Assembly: GCF_008806385.1 (NCBI RefSeq)
Contig: NZ_VZZK01000017.1
Location: forward strand, 2,177-34,176
Direction of reading: 5' to 3'
Source: Methylobacterium soli
GTDB taxonomy: Bacteria > Pseudomonadota > Alphaproteobacteria > Rhizobiales > Beijerinckiaceae
Length of the DNA stretch: 32,000 nt
The position numbers and the translations under genes are program-made. The notes under the pieces were generated by a model. It did not search any database and was not told the origin of the DNA. It was given only the letters and a program-made list of their open reading frames with translations. Below, piece by piece: positions 16,466 to 26,234 of this stretch (position 1 is its first letter; every line of letters starts with the position of its first letter).

Positions 16466-16963
16466 ATGACTGATCAGCAACCGCTCGGCCCACCCTGCCA
16501 CCGGAGGGGCGCTACTATCAACATCCTGAGGACCACCCTCGGTGCGCTTCCCTCGGCCTCTGAGGTGGCTTTCCCGGGTCTGTTCGCATGGTCGCCAGTA
16601 TCCACCTCCGCCGTCACCCGCACCCTGAAAATCGACAAGGGCTTGTGGGGGACGTGGCGCAATCGCGGGATCACACCGAGCCCGATGCCCGAGGCCTGGT
16701 TCCGGCGCGCCGCCGGCCGGCCCCTGAACTACCGGCTGGACAGTGTGCTGGCCTGGCTCGCGGCTCGGCGCGGCGAACCGTTTGATCCCCTCACCACCTG
16801 GCGGCTCAGCCTCTTGACCGGCTTCGAGACCGACGTGTCCGATCCGGAAGAGGTGCGGAAGCTTGCCCGCCTCTATGCGCAGGCGGTCGGCCCGCACCTC
16901 CCTGGTGGTGTGAGCTTCACGTCGCAGGGGTTCCGGGAATACCTCGCATCGCTCTTGATGTAG
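16466..16963 (+). CDS. hypothetical protein (possible DNA-binding protein of the element)
   Basis: This 165-aa ORF has GC-rich third positions throughout. Its ATG sits 2 nt after the last iteron. The central segment STSAVTRTLKIDKGLWGTWRNRG....YRLDSVLAWLAARRG is HTH-like. The start is uncertain (an alternative GTG lies near 16564). Confidence 0.5.
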   Translation: MTDQQPLGPPCHRRGATINILRTTLGALPSASEVAFPGLFAWSPVSTSAVTRTLKIDKGLWGTWRNRGITPSPMPEAWFRRAAGRPLNYRLDSVLAWLAARRGEPFDPLTTWRLSLLTGFETDVSDPEEVRKLARLYAQAVGPHLPGGVSFTSQGFREYLASLLM

Positions 16964-17465
16964 GTTGGTCCATCCAGATAGCCGCGTGAGCCTGCCATGC
17001 GTAAAGGGATGCTGGAGCTGATGAACACCCTGGCCTCAAGTGTTATCGCCTTGAACAGCCTGGCCGATGATTTGATGCAGGCGGCATCGTCGGTGGACGA
17101 CGCCGTGGCAATTAAGGTGATGCGCGGCGTGGCCTCCGGCATCGGGTCCGCGCACTGGAGATGCAGGGGCAACTGGCTGTTCTGAGTGCGGACTACGCCG
17201 AGCGGTTACACACCGGCTCCTGGATCGAGTGAAGGCCGCCCTGTTATCATCCTAGTAAAACCAACATTTTTTGGAAATATAAATGTCAGATAGTGTATTT
17301 TAACAAGCATAAATATCTGTAAAATGGCACCCACCCATCCAATTACATTGTAGCGTCAAGTGTTTTGTTTGTGCTCTAGGTAGATTGTTCTGTTGCCCTC
17401 TTCCGGATCATGTTCCACTCTCCTGGCTACGCTTCGCCGTAGGCGAAGCAGGGGATGAGGTCGGG

Positions 17466-18224
17466 ATGAGCAAGCCACCAGGGAACGGGCTGTGTGACAA
17501 CCCCATGGGTTCCCATGGACCTGTCACATCAGTGCCTCGACCCCTGGTGGCCTACCTCAGAGTGAGCACGGACAAGCAGGGCCGCAGTGGTCTCGGCATT
17601 GAGGCGCAGCGCATGGCCATCACTGCCTTCGCCGAAGCCAACGGGTTCATCATCGTGGCCGAGCACGAGGAGCACGAGACCGGCAAGGGCAGCGATGCCC
17701 TGGAGCGCCGGCCTCAGCTGGCTGCCGCCCTGGCATCGGCCCGCAAGCTCCGATGCCCGGTGGGAGTGGCGAAGCTCGATAGACTGTCCCGAGATGTGGC
17801 TTTCATCGCCAGCCTGATGGCGCAGCGCGTCCCCTTCTTGGTGGCCGAGCTAGGTGAGAACGCTGACCCGTTCATGCTGCACATCTACGCGGCTCTGGCC
17901 GAGCAGGAGCGTCGGCTTATCGCGGCCCGGACCAAGGCGGCCATGGCTGGCCTGAAAGCACGAGGTGTCCTACTCGGAAACAGGACCAACCTCGCTGAAG
18001 CCGCGATTAAGGGCGCGACCGTGAACCGAGCCGACGCTTCGGCCTTCGCCGCCAACGTGCTGCCGGTGATCGAGAGCATCAGGGCAGCTGGTGCCGGCTC
18101 GCACCGGGCTATCGCTGCGGAGCTGAACGCGCGTCGGATCGGGACGGCGCGAGGCGGCACGTGGAGCGCCGTGCAGGTCGGGCGGATCGTGGCTCGCGCC
18201 AGCACCTGTTCACTCACTCCCTGA
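17466..18224 (+). CDS. serine recombinase (resolvase/invertase family)
   Basis: [23 protein letters not shown] carries the catalytic Ser motif. [10 protein letters not shown] and a C-terminal HTH-like segment ([30 protein letters not shown]) are also present. The track ORF starts at 17385, but I prefer ATG 17466 (GAGG upstream). ATG 17505 is also possible. Confidence 0.85.
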   Translation: MSKPPGNGLCDNPMGSHGPVTSVPRPLVAYLRVSTDKQGRSGLGIEAQRMAITAFAEANGFIIVAEHEEHETGKGSDALERRPQLAAALASARKLRCPVGVAKLDRLSRDVAFIASLMAQRVPFLVAELGENADPFMLHIYAALAEQERRLIAARTKAAMAGLKARGVLLGNRTNLAEAAIKGATVNRADASAFAANVLPVIESIRAAGAGSHRAIAAELNARRIGTARGGTWSAVQVGRIVARASTCSLTP

Positions 18225-18241
18225 ACCAGATAATTCAGCCC

Positions 18242-18670
18242 ATGCTTGAAAAAATCTCTGCTATCAATTTGATAAACGACTACCATTCAAACGACGCCAG
18301 GCAAGCTTTCAGAGCTCAAACACCTCAGCTTAGAGCATTTGCTGTTGTTGGTATTGTATACGCAGTCCGGTGCCGCTGGCATCCATCCGCGGACATTACC
18401 AATATTCTTCGAGCAGAGCTAGCAGATGTATCATCGCTCTTGAATTTAGAAAAGAGAGCACACCAGACATATATAATACATATCAGACGAATGATGATCA
18501 AAATATGTAATCTAGATACTAACAGTGACGCTGTATTACCTATCAAGAATTCCAGAGATGAGCAGTCGGCCCTTCAGAGCCAGCTGCAATACTTACATTC
18601 CAAAAACATTTTCACAGCCGCTCACATGCGAATTTGGGCACTCAAGAAAGGAGTAGACCCACTGATCTGA
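18242..18670 (+). CDS. hypothetical protein, AT-rich orphan ORF
   Basis: The ATG at 18242 (MLEKISAINLINDYHS..) lies inside track ORF 18161..18670, whose first 27 codons overlap the recombinase 3' end. Composition is markedly AT-richer than the flanks. I recognise no motif. Confidence 0.45.
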   Translation: MLEKISAINLINDYHSNDARQAFRAQTPQLRAFAVVGIVYAVRCRWHPSADITNILRAELADVSSLLNLEKRAHQTYIIHIRRMMIKICNLDTNSDAVLPIKNSRDEQSALQSQLQYLHSKNIFTAAHMRIWALKKGVDPLI

Positions 18671-18911
18671 GCCGAAAAACAGGTGATGCAGCTAAATTCA
18701 GGCTTAAAAACAAATAGTTACTTACCAGAACCGCCCTCACTCTAATCTCGGCGCTTCTTAGCCCGTCGTGGTTTTGGAGCAACGCCGCGGTTCATTCGCA
18801 ACTTAAAGATGCAATTGCGCTAGACGTCCCGCGTTGCTCCCCGCACGGTCAGCGCAGAAAATGGCTACGCGGCGTTCGCCGCATCAAAAAGTGTACGGGG
18901 CGGGGATACCT

Positions 18912-21900
18912 ATGACGGAGCTTACGCCCGGCGACTTCGTCGAACTGCGCGGGCGTCCCTGGCTCGTCGAGGCCGTAGACACCTACACACCGCTGAAGCC
19001 TGTGCGCCTCTCCTGCATTGCCGACGACGCTCAAGGTGAGCCGCTCGAGGTGTTATGGGACGCCGAGGTCGACGCGCGCGTGCTTGATCGCGATGACTGG
19101 GCGCGGGTTGGCCGAGGCGGCCCCGACAGCGCCGAGGTGCTTGCCGCCTACCTGCGGGTGATGCAGTGGAACTCGGCTACAGCCGCCGAGCGAGATTTGC
19201 TTCAGGCACCATTCCGAGCCGGGATTAAACTCGACGCCTACCAGCTCCTGCCATTGCGCAAGGCGCTGCGGCTGCCGCGGGTGAACCTCCTGATTGCCGA
19301 CGACGTCGGCTTGGGCAAGACCATCGAGGCCGGCCTAATCGTGCGCGAGCTGCTCCTGCGGCGGAGGATCGACTATGTCGTCGTGTCCGCACCTCCGGCT
19401 ATGACCGAGCAGTGGCGCGACGAGCTCGCTGCAAAGTTCGGCCTGTCGTTCACGATCATTGACCGTGAGCATCTGAACGAGCTGCGCCGCACGCGCGGCT
19501 TTGGGTCGAACCCTTGGCGCACCGGCTCGCGCTTCATCATTTCACACCGTCTTCTCACGGACGAGACTTACGCCGCCGACTTGCGCGAGGCGTTAGGCTC
19601 GTTCCGCGCCCGCGCGCTCTTGATCCTAGACGAGGCTCACCACGCGGCACCGGCGGCCAGTGCACGCTACGCTGTCTCGAGCCAGTTCACGAAGGCTGTG
19701 CGCGACTTGGCGGAGCGCTTCGAGCACCGCCTGTTCCTCTCAGCCACGCCGCACAACGGGCACTCGAACAGCTTCTCAGCTCTCCTCGAGATGCTCGATC
19801 CCCAGCGGTTCACCCGCGGCGTCACAGTGAGCCCGAAGGACATCGAGCCGGTCATGGTCCGGCGGTTAAAGAGCGACCTGCGCCGGATCAGCGGCGGCTT
19901 CCCGCACCGGGTCGTCGAGGCGATCCCGATCCATGGTCTCCCGGCAGACGCGCCTGAACTCGTCCTGGCCGACAAGCTCACAGCCTATGGCGAGTTGCGC
20001 CTGCAACGCATCGCCAAACTTCCGACGGCGAAGGCTGCTCTCGCCAAGCTCGCCTTCGTCGGCCTTCAGCAGAGATTGCTGTCCTCGATCGCAGCCTTCG
20101 CTCGGACGCTCGCAGTGCATCGCCGCTCGCTGCTCGCCGCGATCGAGGATACCAACGATGAGAACGTCCAAACGGTCGGTGTCGCGAACCACGATCACGC
20201 GGAGCTATTCGATCTCGGGCTCGACGAGGACGAGGCTGAGCGGGCGGCCCAAGCTGACGAGGACGCCACGGCGGACATCGAGACCCGGGCCGGCACCGTC
20301 GAGGCCCCACGCGCGGCCCTGCACGCCGAACTGGCGGCCGTCGACGCCATGCTCGTAATCGCTGAGAGCGAGAAGGGGAGGAGCGACGCACGCACGCGAT
20401 GGCTTGCCAATTGGATCCGCGCCGAGTTGCTCGATGGCGCGCGCTGGCGGGAGCGCCGGCTCATCATCTTCACTGAGTACGAAGATACTCGGCGCTGGCT
20501 GGAGCGGCGTTTGATGGAGATGATCGGCGATACTGAGGACGCAGAAGCTCGTATCCTCGTGTTTTCGGGCGCCACGCCGGCCGATCGGCGCGAGGACGTT
20601 AAACGGGCTTTCAACGCTGATCCACGCGTGGAGCCTGTGCGCATATTGTTGTGCACGGACGCAGCGCGCGAGGGGCTGAACCTGCAGAGCCATTGCGCCG
20701 ATCTCCTACACTTTGACTTGCCCTGGAACCCAGCGCGGCTCGAGCAGCGCAACGGGCGCATTGACCGCAAACTCCAGCCCGCACCAGAAATCCGCTGCCG
20801 CTACTTCCGCTACGAGCAACGCGCCGCCGACATCGTCCTCGACGCGCTGGTGCGGAAGACCGAGACGATCCGCGAACAGCTTGGCTCAGTTGGACAGGTG
20901 ATCGAGGGGCGCATTGCGAAGCGGCTGGCAGAGGAAGGCATCCGGGCACGCGGCGAGACCGATCTTGCCCACGCCATCGCAGCTGAGGATGCCGCCGAGC
21001 TCCTCGCCCGCGCGCGCGACGAGATGGACGACGCCGAGCGCGCCCGCCACGAGCGCCTGCTGCGGGAGCAAGACGTGCTGCGCCAAGCGCTTGAAGCATC
21101 ACGCGAGCGCGTCGGCGTTGACCCGGACGACTTGCGCCGGGTGGTGCGGGCCGCGCTCGCACGGGCCGATTACCAGCTCGATGAGGCAGTGTCCGACCCC
21201 GTCAATCTGGTCGAAACCTTCCGCTTCGATCCCGAACATCCGGCCTTCGCGGCTGAGGGCGGCTGGTCGGACGCCTTTGACGACCTTCGGGTCCGCCCGC
21301 GCCGCCGCGGCGAGCGGCTCAACGAGTGGCGCAGGGCCGCGCCTCCGCGAACCATAAGCTTTGAGACGCCGGAGCTCGCCGATGGGCGCCTCGCGTCGAA
21401 CGTCGTGCAGGTGCATCTTGAGCACCGCCTCGTGCGACGCCTCCTCTCTCGCTTTATCAGCCAGGGCTTCCAGGCTGGCCTTTCCCGGGTTTCAATGATC
21501 CGAGGGCCCGGGGCGCAGCCGCGTGTCGTGTTGATTGGTCGGCTCTGCGTGTACGGGCCGGCGGCGGCGCGGCTGCACGAGGAGATCATCCCAGTCACGG
21601 CGATCTGGACCGAGGCTGACCGAGGCGTGAAGCCGTTGCGGCCACTCGGCGAGAGCGGCGGGGCGACGACGCTGCGCCAGCTCGAGGACGCTCTGCGCGG
21701 GGCTGTGCCAGCGCCTGAGGGCGCAGTCACCCGTGTTCAGCGCCTCGTCGCGCAGGACATTGACCAGTTGCGTCCTGAACTGGAGCGGATCGCGACCGAG
21801 CGTTTAACCCGCGCTGAAGCACTGCTCGCCCGCCGCGCGGAGGAGGAGGCGAACGGTCTCGCCGGCCTGCTCACTGGCCAGTGCGCGCGCATTGTGCGGG

Positions 21901-22121
21901 AGCTCGGCGCGGCTGAGCGGGAAGCCGCCCAGTTCGAACTCGGGTTTCTAGCCGAGGAGCGCCGCGAGCGCGACCGAGATCGCCGGCACTGGGGCGAGAA
22001 GCTCGCTGCCCTAGAGCGCCAGGTCGTGACAGAGCCCGAGCGCGTACGCACGGGATACCGGGTCAACGCGCACCGGCTTGAGCCTGTTGGCCTCGTCTAT
22101 CTCTGGCCTGCGACCGGCTGA
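18912..22121 (+). CDS. drmD: SNF2-family helicase, DISARM class 1 DrmD-like
   Basis: Motif I is LIADDVGLGKTIEAG (about 19296-19322). Motif II is LILDEAHHAAP (about 19626-19643). Also present are LFLSATPHNGHSNSF and the C-terminal helicase lobe (ILLCTDAAREGLNLQ, DLPWNPARLEQRNGRIDR). The track start TTG 18834 is rejected in favour of ATG 18912 (MTELTPGDFVELRGRPWLV). Confidence 0.85.
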   Translation: MTELTPGDFVELRGRPWLVEAVDTYTPLKPVRLSCIADDAQGEPLEVLWDAEVDARVLDRDDWARVGRGGPDSAEVLAAYLRVMQWNSATAAERDLLQAPFRAGIKLDAYQLLPLRKALRLPRVNLLIADDVGLGKTIEAGLIVRELLLRRRIDYVVVSAPPAMTEQWRDELAAKFGLSFTIIDREHLNELRRTRGFGSNPWRTGSRFIISHRLLTDETYAADLREALGSFRARALLILDEAHHAAPAASARYAVSSQFTKAVRDLAERFEHRLFLSATPHNGHSNSFSALLEMLDPQRFTRGVTVSPKDIEPVMVRRLKSDLRRISGGFPHRVVEAIPIHGLPADAPELVLADKLTAYGELRLQRIAKLPTAKAALAKLAFVGLQQRLLSSIAAFARTLAVHRRSLLAAIEDTNDENVQTVGVANHDHAELFDLGLDEDEAERAAQADEDATADIETRAGTVEAPRAALHAELAAVDAMLVIAESEKGRSDARTRWLANWIRAELLDGARWRERRLIIFTEYEDTRRWLERRLMEMIGDTEDAEARILVFSGATPADRREDVKRAFNADPRVEPVRILLCTDAAREGLNLQSHCADLLHFDLPWNPARLEQRNGRIDRKLQPAPEIRCRYFRYEQRAADIVLDALVRKTETIREQLGSVGQVIEGRIAKRLAEEGIRARGETDLAHAIAAEDAAELLARARDEMDDAERARHERLLREQDVLRQALEASRERVGVDPDDLRRVVRAALARADYQLDEAVSDPVNLVETFRFDPEHPAFAAEGGWSDAFDDLRVRPRRRGERLNEWRRAAPPRTISFETPELADGRLASNVVQVHLEHRLVRRLLSRFISQGFQAGLSRVSMIRGPGAQPRVVLIGRLCVYGPAAARLHEEIIPVTAIWTEADRGVKPLRPLGESGGATTLRQLEDALRGAVPAPEGAVTRVQRLVAQDIDQLRPELERIATERLTRAEALLARRAEEEANGLAGLLTGQCARIVRELGAAEREAAQFELGFLAEERRERDRDRRHWGEKLAALERQVVTEPERVRTGYRVNAHRLEPVGLVYLWPATG

Positions 22122-22172
22122 GATCCAGGCCATTCCATCCCGCTACCGTCCCAAATCGCGCCGCGGACCTGC

Positions 22173-25100
22173 ATGCCCGATATTAATGTCGACCCGACCA
22201 CCGATTGGCTGAAGTACCTCGAGCCGTTCAGTTCAGGCCTCGTCGTTGCTGGTCCTGTCCTGGCAGATCTTGGCCTCGCGCCGGAGCCGCAGGCCGCACG
22301 TGACACGGCTGCCGCTGCGTCCGTGATTGCGTTGCTCGAGGAAGAAGGTCCGGCACTGACTGACGCTTGGGCATTTTTTCGCGAGATCCTCGGGTGGGAG
22401 ACCCGCATCGTTGCAGGCAGCCCCGGCGGTCCCACGATCCCCGAGGCGCTGCACGTACGCCTTCCCGAGCACGACACGACACTTGCGCCGACATTCGCTG
22501 TACGCGATCTCGCGGTGCGCAGCGGCGAAGCTTGGCAGCTCCTCGTCCGCGTAGAACCTCCAGGCGTCGGGCCGGACACGCGCGGGGCGCTTGACGGCTG
22601 GGAGGCCACGCCTCAGCAGCGCTTGGAGCGCCTGTTGCGCGAGACCGGCGTGCCAGCGGGTCTCCTCGTCACGGACAGCGTGTTGCGCCTCGTCTACGCG
22701 CCAAAGGGCGAGACCTCGGGTTGGCTCGGTTTCCCCCTGCGTCCGCTCGCCACGGTCGCGGGCCGGCCGATGCTCGGTGGCCTCAAGCGTGTGCTGGGCC
22801 GCGCCGCCCTATTCACGGATGGCGACACGCATCGCCTGCCTGCGATCCTGCGGCGCTCGCGCGACGAGCAGTCAAACGTCTCTACCGAGCTCGCCGGTCA
22901 GGTCCTCGGCGCTCTGCACGAGTTGCTGCGAGGACTGGACGCGGCCGACGCTGGTCTGATCCGCGGGCTCTCCGCAGCGCCCGCCGGCCAGGGGCACCTC
23001 TACGAGGGGCTGCTCGCGGTGCTTATGCGCCTCGTCTTCATCCTCTACGCCGAGGACCGCGGCCTGCTACCTTCCTCGGGCGAGGCCCGAGCGCGGGAGA
23101 TCTATGAGCGCAACTATTCCCTGCGCGGCCTTTATGGACGGCTCGCAGAGGATGCGGGGCTGCACCCCGACACAATGGATGAGCGCCGCGGTGGGTGGGG
23201 GCAGCTCGTCGCCATGTTTCGCCTCGTCCACGGCGGCTACCCTGGCTTCGTGCGTCGCCGCGGTGGCAAGTTGTTTGACCCCGCTGTCTATCCCTTCCTC
23301 GAAGGAAGCGTAGAGGCGGGTGCGCCTGCGCGCGTGCTGCCGGTGTCGGACGGCTGCGTGCTGCGCGTGCTCGAAGGGCTGATGACCCTACGGAGCCGTG
23401 GCGGCGCCCGCGAGCGCCTGTCCTACCGTACGCTGGACGTCGAGCAGATCGGCTCGGTTTACGAGACGGTGATGGGCTTCACGGTGCTGCCGGCGAGCGG
23501 GCCAGCACTCGCTGTGAAGGGCGGCAAAAACAACCGCACACCGATCTTCCTCGACCTCACTGAGATCGTCAGGTTGAGGGGCGAGGAACGGCTGAAGCGC
23601 ATCAAAGAGGCAGGCCGCGCGAGCCTCACCGCGGCGCAGGGCAAGGCGGTGAAGGCAGCAATCTCGGTCGCTGATCTCGCCGCGGCGCTAGACGGGATTG
23701 TCGACGAGCGCGCCTCTCCAGGACGCACAGTGCAGGCCGCCGGCACCCCGGTGCTTCAGCCCACCGACGAGCGCCGCCGCACTGGCTCGCACTACACCCC
23801 GCGCAGCCTCACCGAGCCGATCGTCCGCTACGCCCTGGAGCCGGCCTTTGACCGCCTCGGTGACGCCGCAGCACCGGATCAAATCCTCGACCTTAAAGTT
23901 TGCGATCCGGCGATGGGCTCGGGGGCTTTTTTGGTCGAGGCCTGCCGCCAGCTCGGTGCCCGCCTCGTGCAAGCTTGGGCCCACCACCATGCGACACCGG
24001 CGCTGCCGCCCGACGAGGATGCCGACCTTCATGCCCGCCGTCTCGTAGCGCAACGCTGCCTCTACGGCGTCGACAGGAACCCTCGCGCCGTCGATCTGGC
24101 CAAGCTATCACTGTGGCTCGCGACGCTCGCTGCTGACCACGAGTTCACCTTCCTCGACCATGCACTACGCGAAGGTGACAGCCTCGCGGGCCTGAACCGA
24201 GCCCAAATCGCCGCTTTGCATTGGGACGAAAGTAAACCGCCGACGCTCGCCGGCCACCTCGTCGCCGACCATCTGCGCGAGGCAGAAGTCGAGCGCTCAG
24301 CGATCCGCGCGCTTGCTGAGACCGCAAGCGAGGTAGAGCTCAGCCCGTTGCTGCGGCGTGTAGAAGCTAAGCTTAACGTCGCTCGCTTGATTGGTGACGG
24401 CGTGATCGCGGCGCATTTCTGCGCCGAAAAGCCGAAAGCTCGTCTCGCAGCGCTCGTCACCCTTCAGAAGGCTGTGCAGAGCCACCTCGGATCGGTGGCG
24501 TGGCACGACGCGGTCGCGCCGCTCTCGGCTGGGCTCACGGACGGGGCGCACCCATTGCGGCCGTTCCATTGGTCGGTTGAGTTTCCGGAGGTGTTCTCGC
24601 GCGAGAACCCCGGCTTCGACGCGATCGTCGGCAACCCGCCCTTCGCTGGCAAGAACACGACGATCACCGGCAACCGCGAAGGTTATCTCCCCTGGCTTCA
24701 GACCCTACACGCGGGTGCGCACGGCAACGCCGATCTGGTTGCGCATTTCTTCCTGCGGTGCTTCGCACTGCTGCGCGACGGCTGCGCCTTCGGGCTGATC
24801 GCCACCAACACGATTGGCCAGGGTGACACCCGCGACACTGGCCTCGCTGCGATCCTCGCGACCGGCGGGGCAATCAGGCGTGCGACGCGCCGTCTGAAAT
24901 GGCCTGGCGAAGCCGCGGTAGTTGTAAGCGTTGTACACGTCGCCAGAGGAACGGCCGCCTCTCCGATCCTTGATGGGCGGCAGGTGCGGCGGATCTCGGC
25001 TTATCTTGTAGAGGGCGACCTTGACCGCTCACCAGAACGCCTCGTAGCCAACGCACGCAAGGCGTTCATCGGCTCTTACGTGCTCGGGATGGGCTTCACT

Positions 25101-26183
25101 TTCGACAACTCTGCGGCGGCGAAGGGTGAGGCAGAAAAGTTGGAAGTCATGCAGACTTTAATTGCGAAGGATAAACGGAACGCGGAGAGAATTTTTCCTT
25201 ATATTGGCGGCGAAGAAGTCAATAACTCGCCAACTCATGCTTATCACCGCTATGTAATTAATTTTGCAGATTTCCCGCTTCGACGCGATCCTGCTCTTTC
25301 CTCTTGGAATGCAGCGTCAAAAAAAGACCGCGAGATATGGGTTAAGGAAGGAGTAGTTCCGTCTGACTATCACGGACCAGTCAGTGATGATTGGAGCGAT
25401 TTGTTAGAAATCGTCGAACGGCGAGTTAAACCATCCCGGCGATCTCTTCCCCCCATCAATGCATGGAATAGATCCGTCGCTAAGAAATGGTGGCTATGGG
25501 GCGCCGCTCGAGTTGAACTGAACAAGACTATTGAGGCATCGAAAACGATATTGTTCATACCAAATGTGGCGCCACACCTTACAGTTGCGCGCCTACCTTC
25601 GGATATCGTCGTGGCTGCGCCGCATAACGTTATTGCCTATGAGTGCTATTCCGCGTTTGGAGTAGCTCAATCTCGAGCGCATGAAGTATGGACGCGCTTC
25701 TTTGCTTCCTCGATGAAGGATGACCTCCGCTACACGCCTTCCGATTGTTTTGAAACCTTTCCATTTCCGCCAAGCTTTGAGGCCGCGCTTGCTCTCGAAG
25801 CGGTCGGCCAAGCCTATCACGATCACCGCGCTGCACTGATGGTCGCGCGCAGCGAGGGCATGACCAAGACTTACAATCGCTTCCACGATCGAGCTGAGCG
25901 GTCGGAAGACATCCAGCGCCTGCGCGACTTGCACTCCGATATGGACCGTGCCGTGCTGGCAGCCTACGGCTGGGACGACCTTGCCGCTCGCGCGAAAGCT
26001 CAGTGGCTCGGCGATGAGAACGAGCCCGAGCACACTTACCAGGGTCGCCTGTTCTGGCCGTCCGCCTTCCGTGATGAGGTGCTCAGTCGCCTGCTCGCGC
26101 TGAACGCCGAGCGTGCGGCGGCCGAGCGTGCTGCGGGGCTCGTCGCAGCTTCGTCCGATGAGGCCGACGATGAAGCAGCCTGA
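22173..26183 (+). CDS. drmMI: large N6-adenine DNA methyltransferase (Eco57I/MmeI-like gamma-class), DISARM class 1 DrmMI-like
   Basis: 1336 aa. GSHYTPRSLTEPIV is present. The AdoMet motif is KVCDPAMGSGAFLVEA and the catalytic motif is IVGNPPFAGKN (NPPF at 24633-24644). The C-terminal region, with RYTPSDCFETFPFP, resembles the MmeI-type recognition/C-terminal domain. Confidence 0.85.
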   Translation: MPDINVDPTTDWLKYLEPFSSGLVVAGPVLADLGLAPEPQAARDTAAAASVIALLEEEGPALTDAWAFFREILGWETRIVAGSPGGPTIPEALHVRLPEHDTTLAPTFAVRDLAVRSGEAWQLLVRVEPPGVGPDTRGALDGWEATPQQRLERLLRETGVPAGLLVTDSVLRLVYAPKGETSGWLGFPLRPLATVAGRPMLGGLKRVLGRAALFTDGDTHRLPAILRRSRDEQSNVSTELAGQVLGALHELLRGLDAADAGLIRGLSAAPAGQGHLYEGLLAVLMRLVFILYAEDRGLLPSSGEARAREIYERNYSLRGLYGRLAEDAGLHPDTMDERRGGWGQLVAMFRLVHGGYPGFVRRRGGKLFDPAVYPFLEGSVEAGAPARVLPVSDGCVLRVLEGLMTLRSRGGARERLSYRTLDVEQIGSVYETVMGFTVLPASGPALAVKGGKNNRTPIFLDLTEIVRLRGEERLKRIKEAGRASLTAAQGKAVKAAISVADLAAALDGIVDERASPGRTVQAAGTPVLQPTDERRRTGSHYTPRSLTEPIVRYALEPAFDRLGDAAAPDQILDLKVCDPAMGSGAFLVEACRQLGARLVQAWAHHHATPALPPDEDADLHARRLVAQRCLYGVDRNPRAVDLAKLSLWLATLAADHEFTFLDHALREGDSLAGLNRAQIAALHWDESKPPTLAGHLVADHLREAEVERSAIRALAETASEVELSPLLRRVEAKLNVARLIGDGVIAAHFCAEKPKARLAALVTLQKAVQSHLGSVAWHDAVAPLSAGLTDGAHPLRPFHWSVEFPEVFSRENPGFDAIVGNPPFAGKNTTITGNREGYLPWLQTLHAGAHGNADLVAHFFLRCFALLRDGCAFGLIATNTIGQGDTRDTGLAAILATGGAIRRATRRLKWPGEAAVVVSVVHVARGTAASPILDGRQVRRISAYLVEGDLDRSPERLVANARKAFIGSYVLGMGFTFDNSAAAKGEAEKLEVMQTLIAKDKRNAERIFPYIGGEEVNNSPTHAYHRYVINFADFPLRRDPALSSWNAASKKDREIWVKEGVVPSDYHGPVSDDWSDLLEIVERRVKPSRRSLPPINAWNRSVAKKWWLWGAARVELNKTIEASKTILFIPNVAPHLTVARLPSDIVVAAPHNVIAYECYSAFGVAQSRAHEVWTRFFASSMKDDLRYTPSDCFETFPFPPSFEAALALEAVGQAYHDHRAALMVARSEGMTKTYNRFHDRAERSEDIQRLRDLHSDMDRAVLAAYGWDDLAARAKAQWLGDENEPEHTYQGRLFWPSAFRDEVLSRLLALNAERAAAERAAGLVAASSDEADDEAA

Positions 26184-26234
26184 ACTTCGGGGCGTTGCAG
26201 CGAGCCAGCGGCTTTGCGTGACTGAGAGGAAGCG

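Noticed and set aside
16997-17232. A small ORF, MRKGMLELMNTLASSVIALNSLADDLMQAASSVDD... A second frame reading ALEMQGQLAVLSADYAERLHTGSWIE continues to 17232.
   Set aside because: It has no SD, is short, and would need yet another frameshift to make sense. The evidence is insufficient.
18834-18911. The TTG start at 18834 given by the ORF track for the SNF2 gene, and the start at 17385 for the recombinase.
   Set aside because: The N-terminal extensions (MLPARSAQKMATRRSPHQKVYGAGIP.. and [27 protein letters not shown]) are not family-like. Internal ATGs at 18912 and 17466/17505 give conventional N-termini.
23921-25326. Homopolymer runs inside drmMI (GGGGGCTTTTTT at about 23922-23933; A7 at about 25319-25325), considered as phase-variation switches.
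   Set aside because: The tracts are only 5-7 nt, shorter than typical contingency-locus repeats, and the gene is in frame. There is no evidence of variability from a single sequence.
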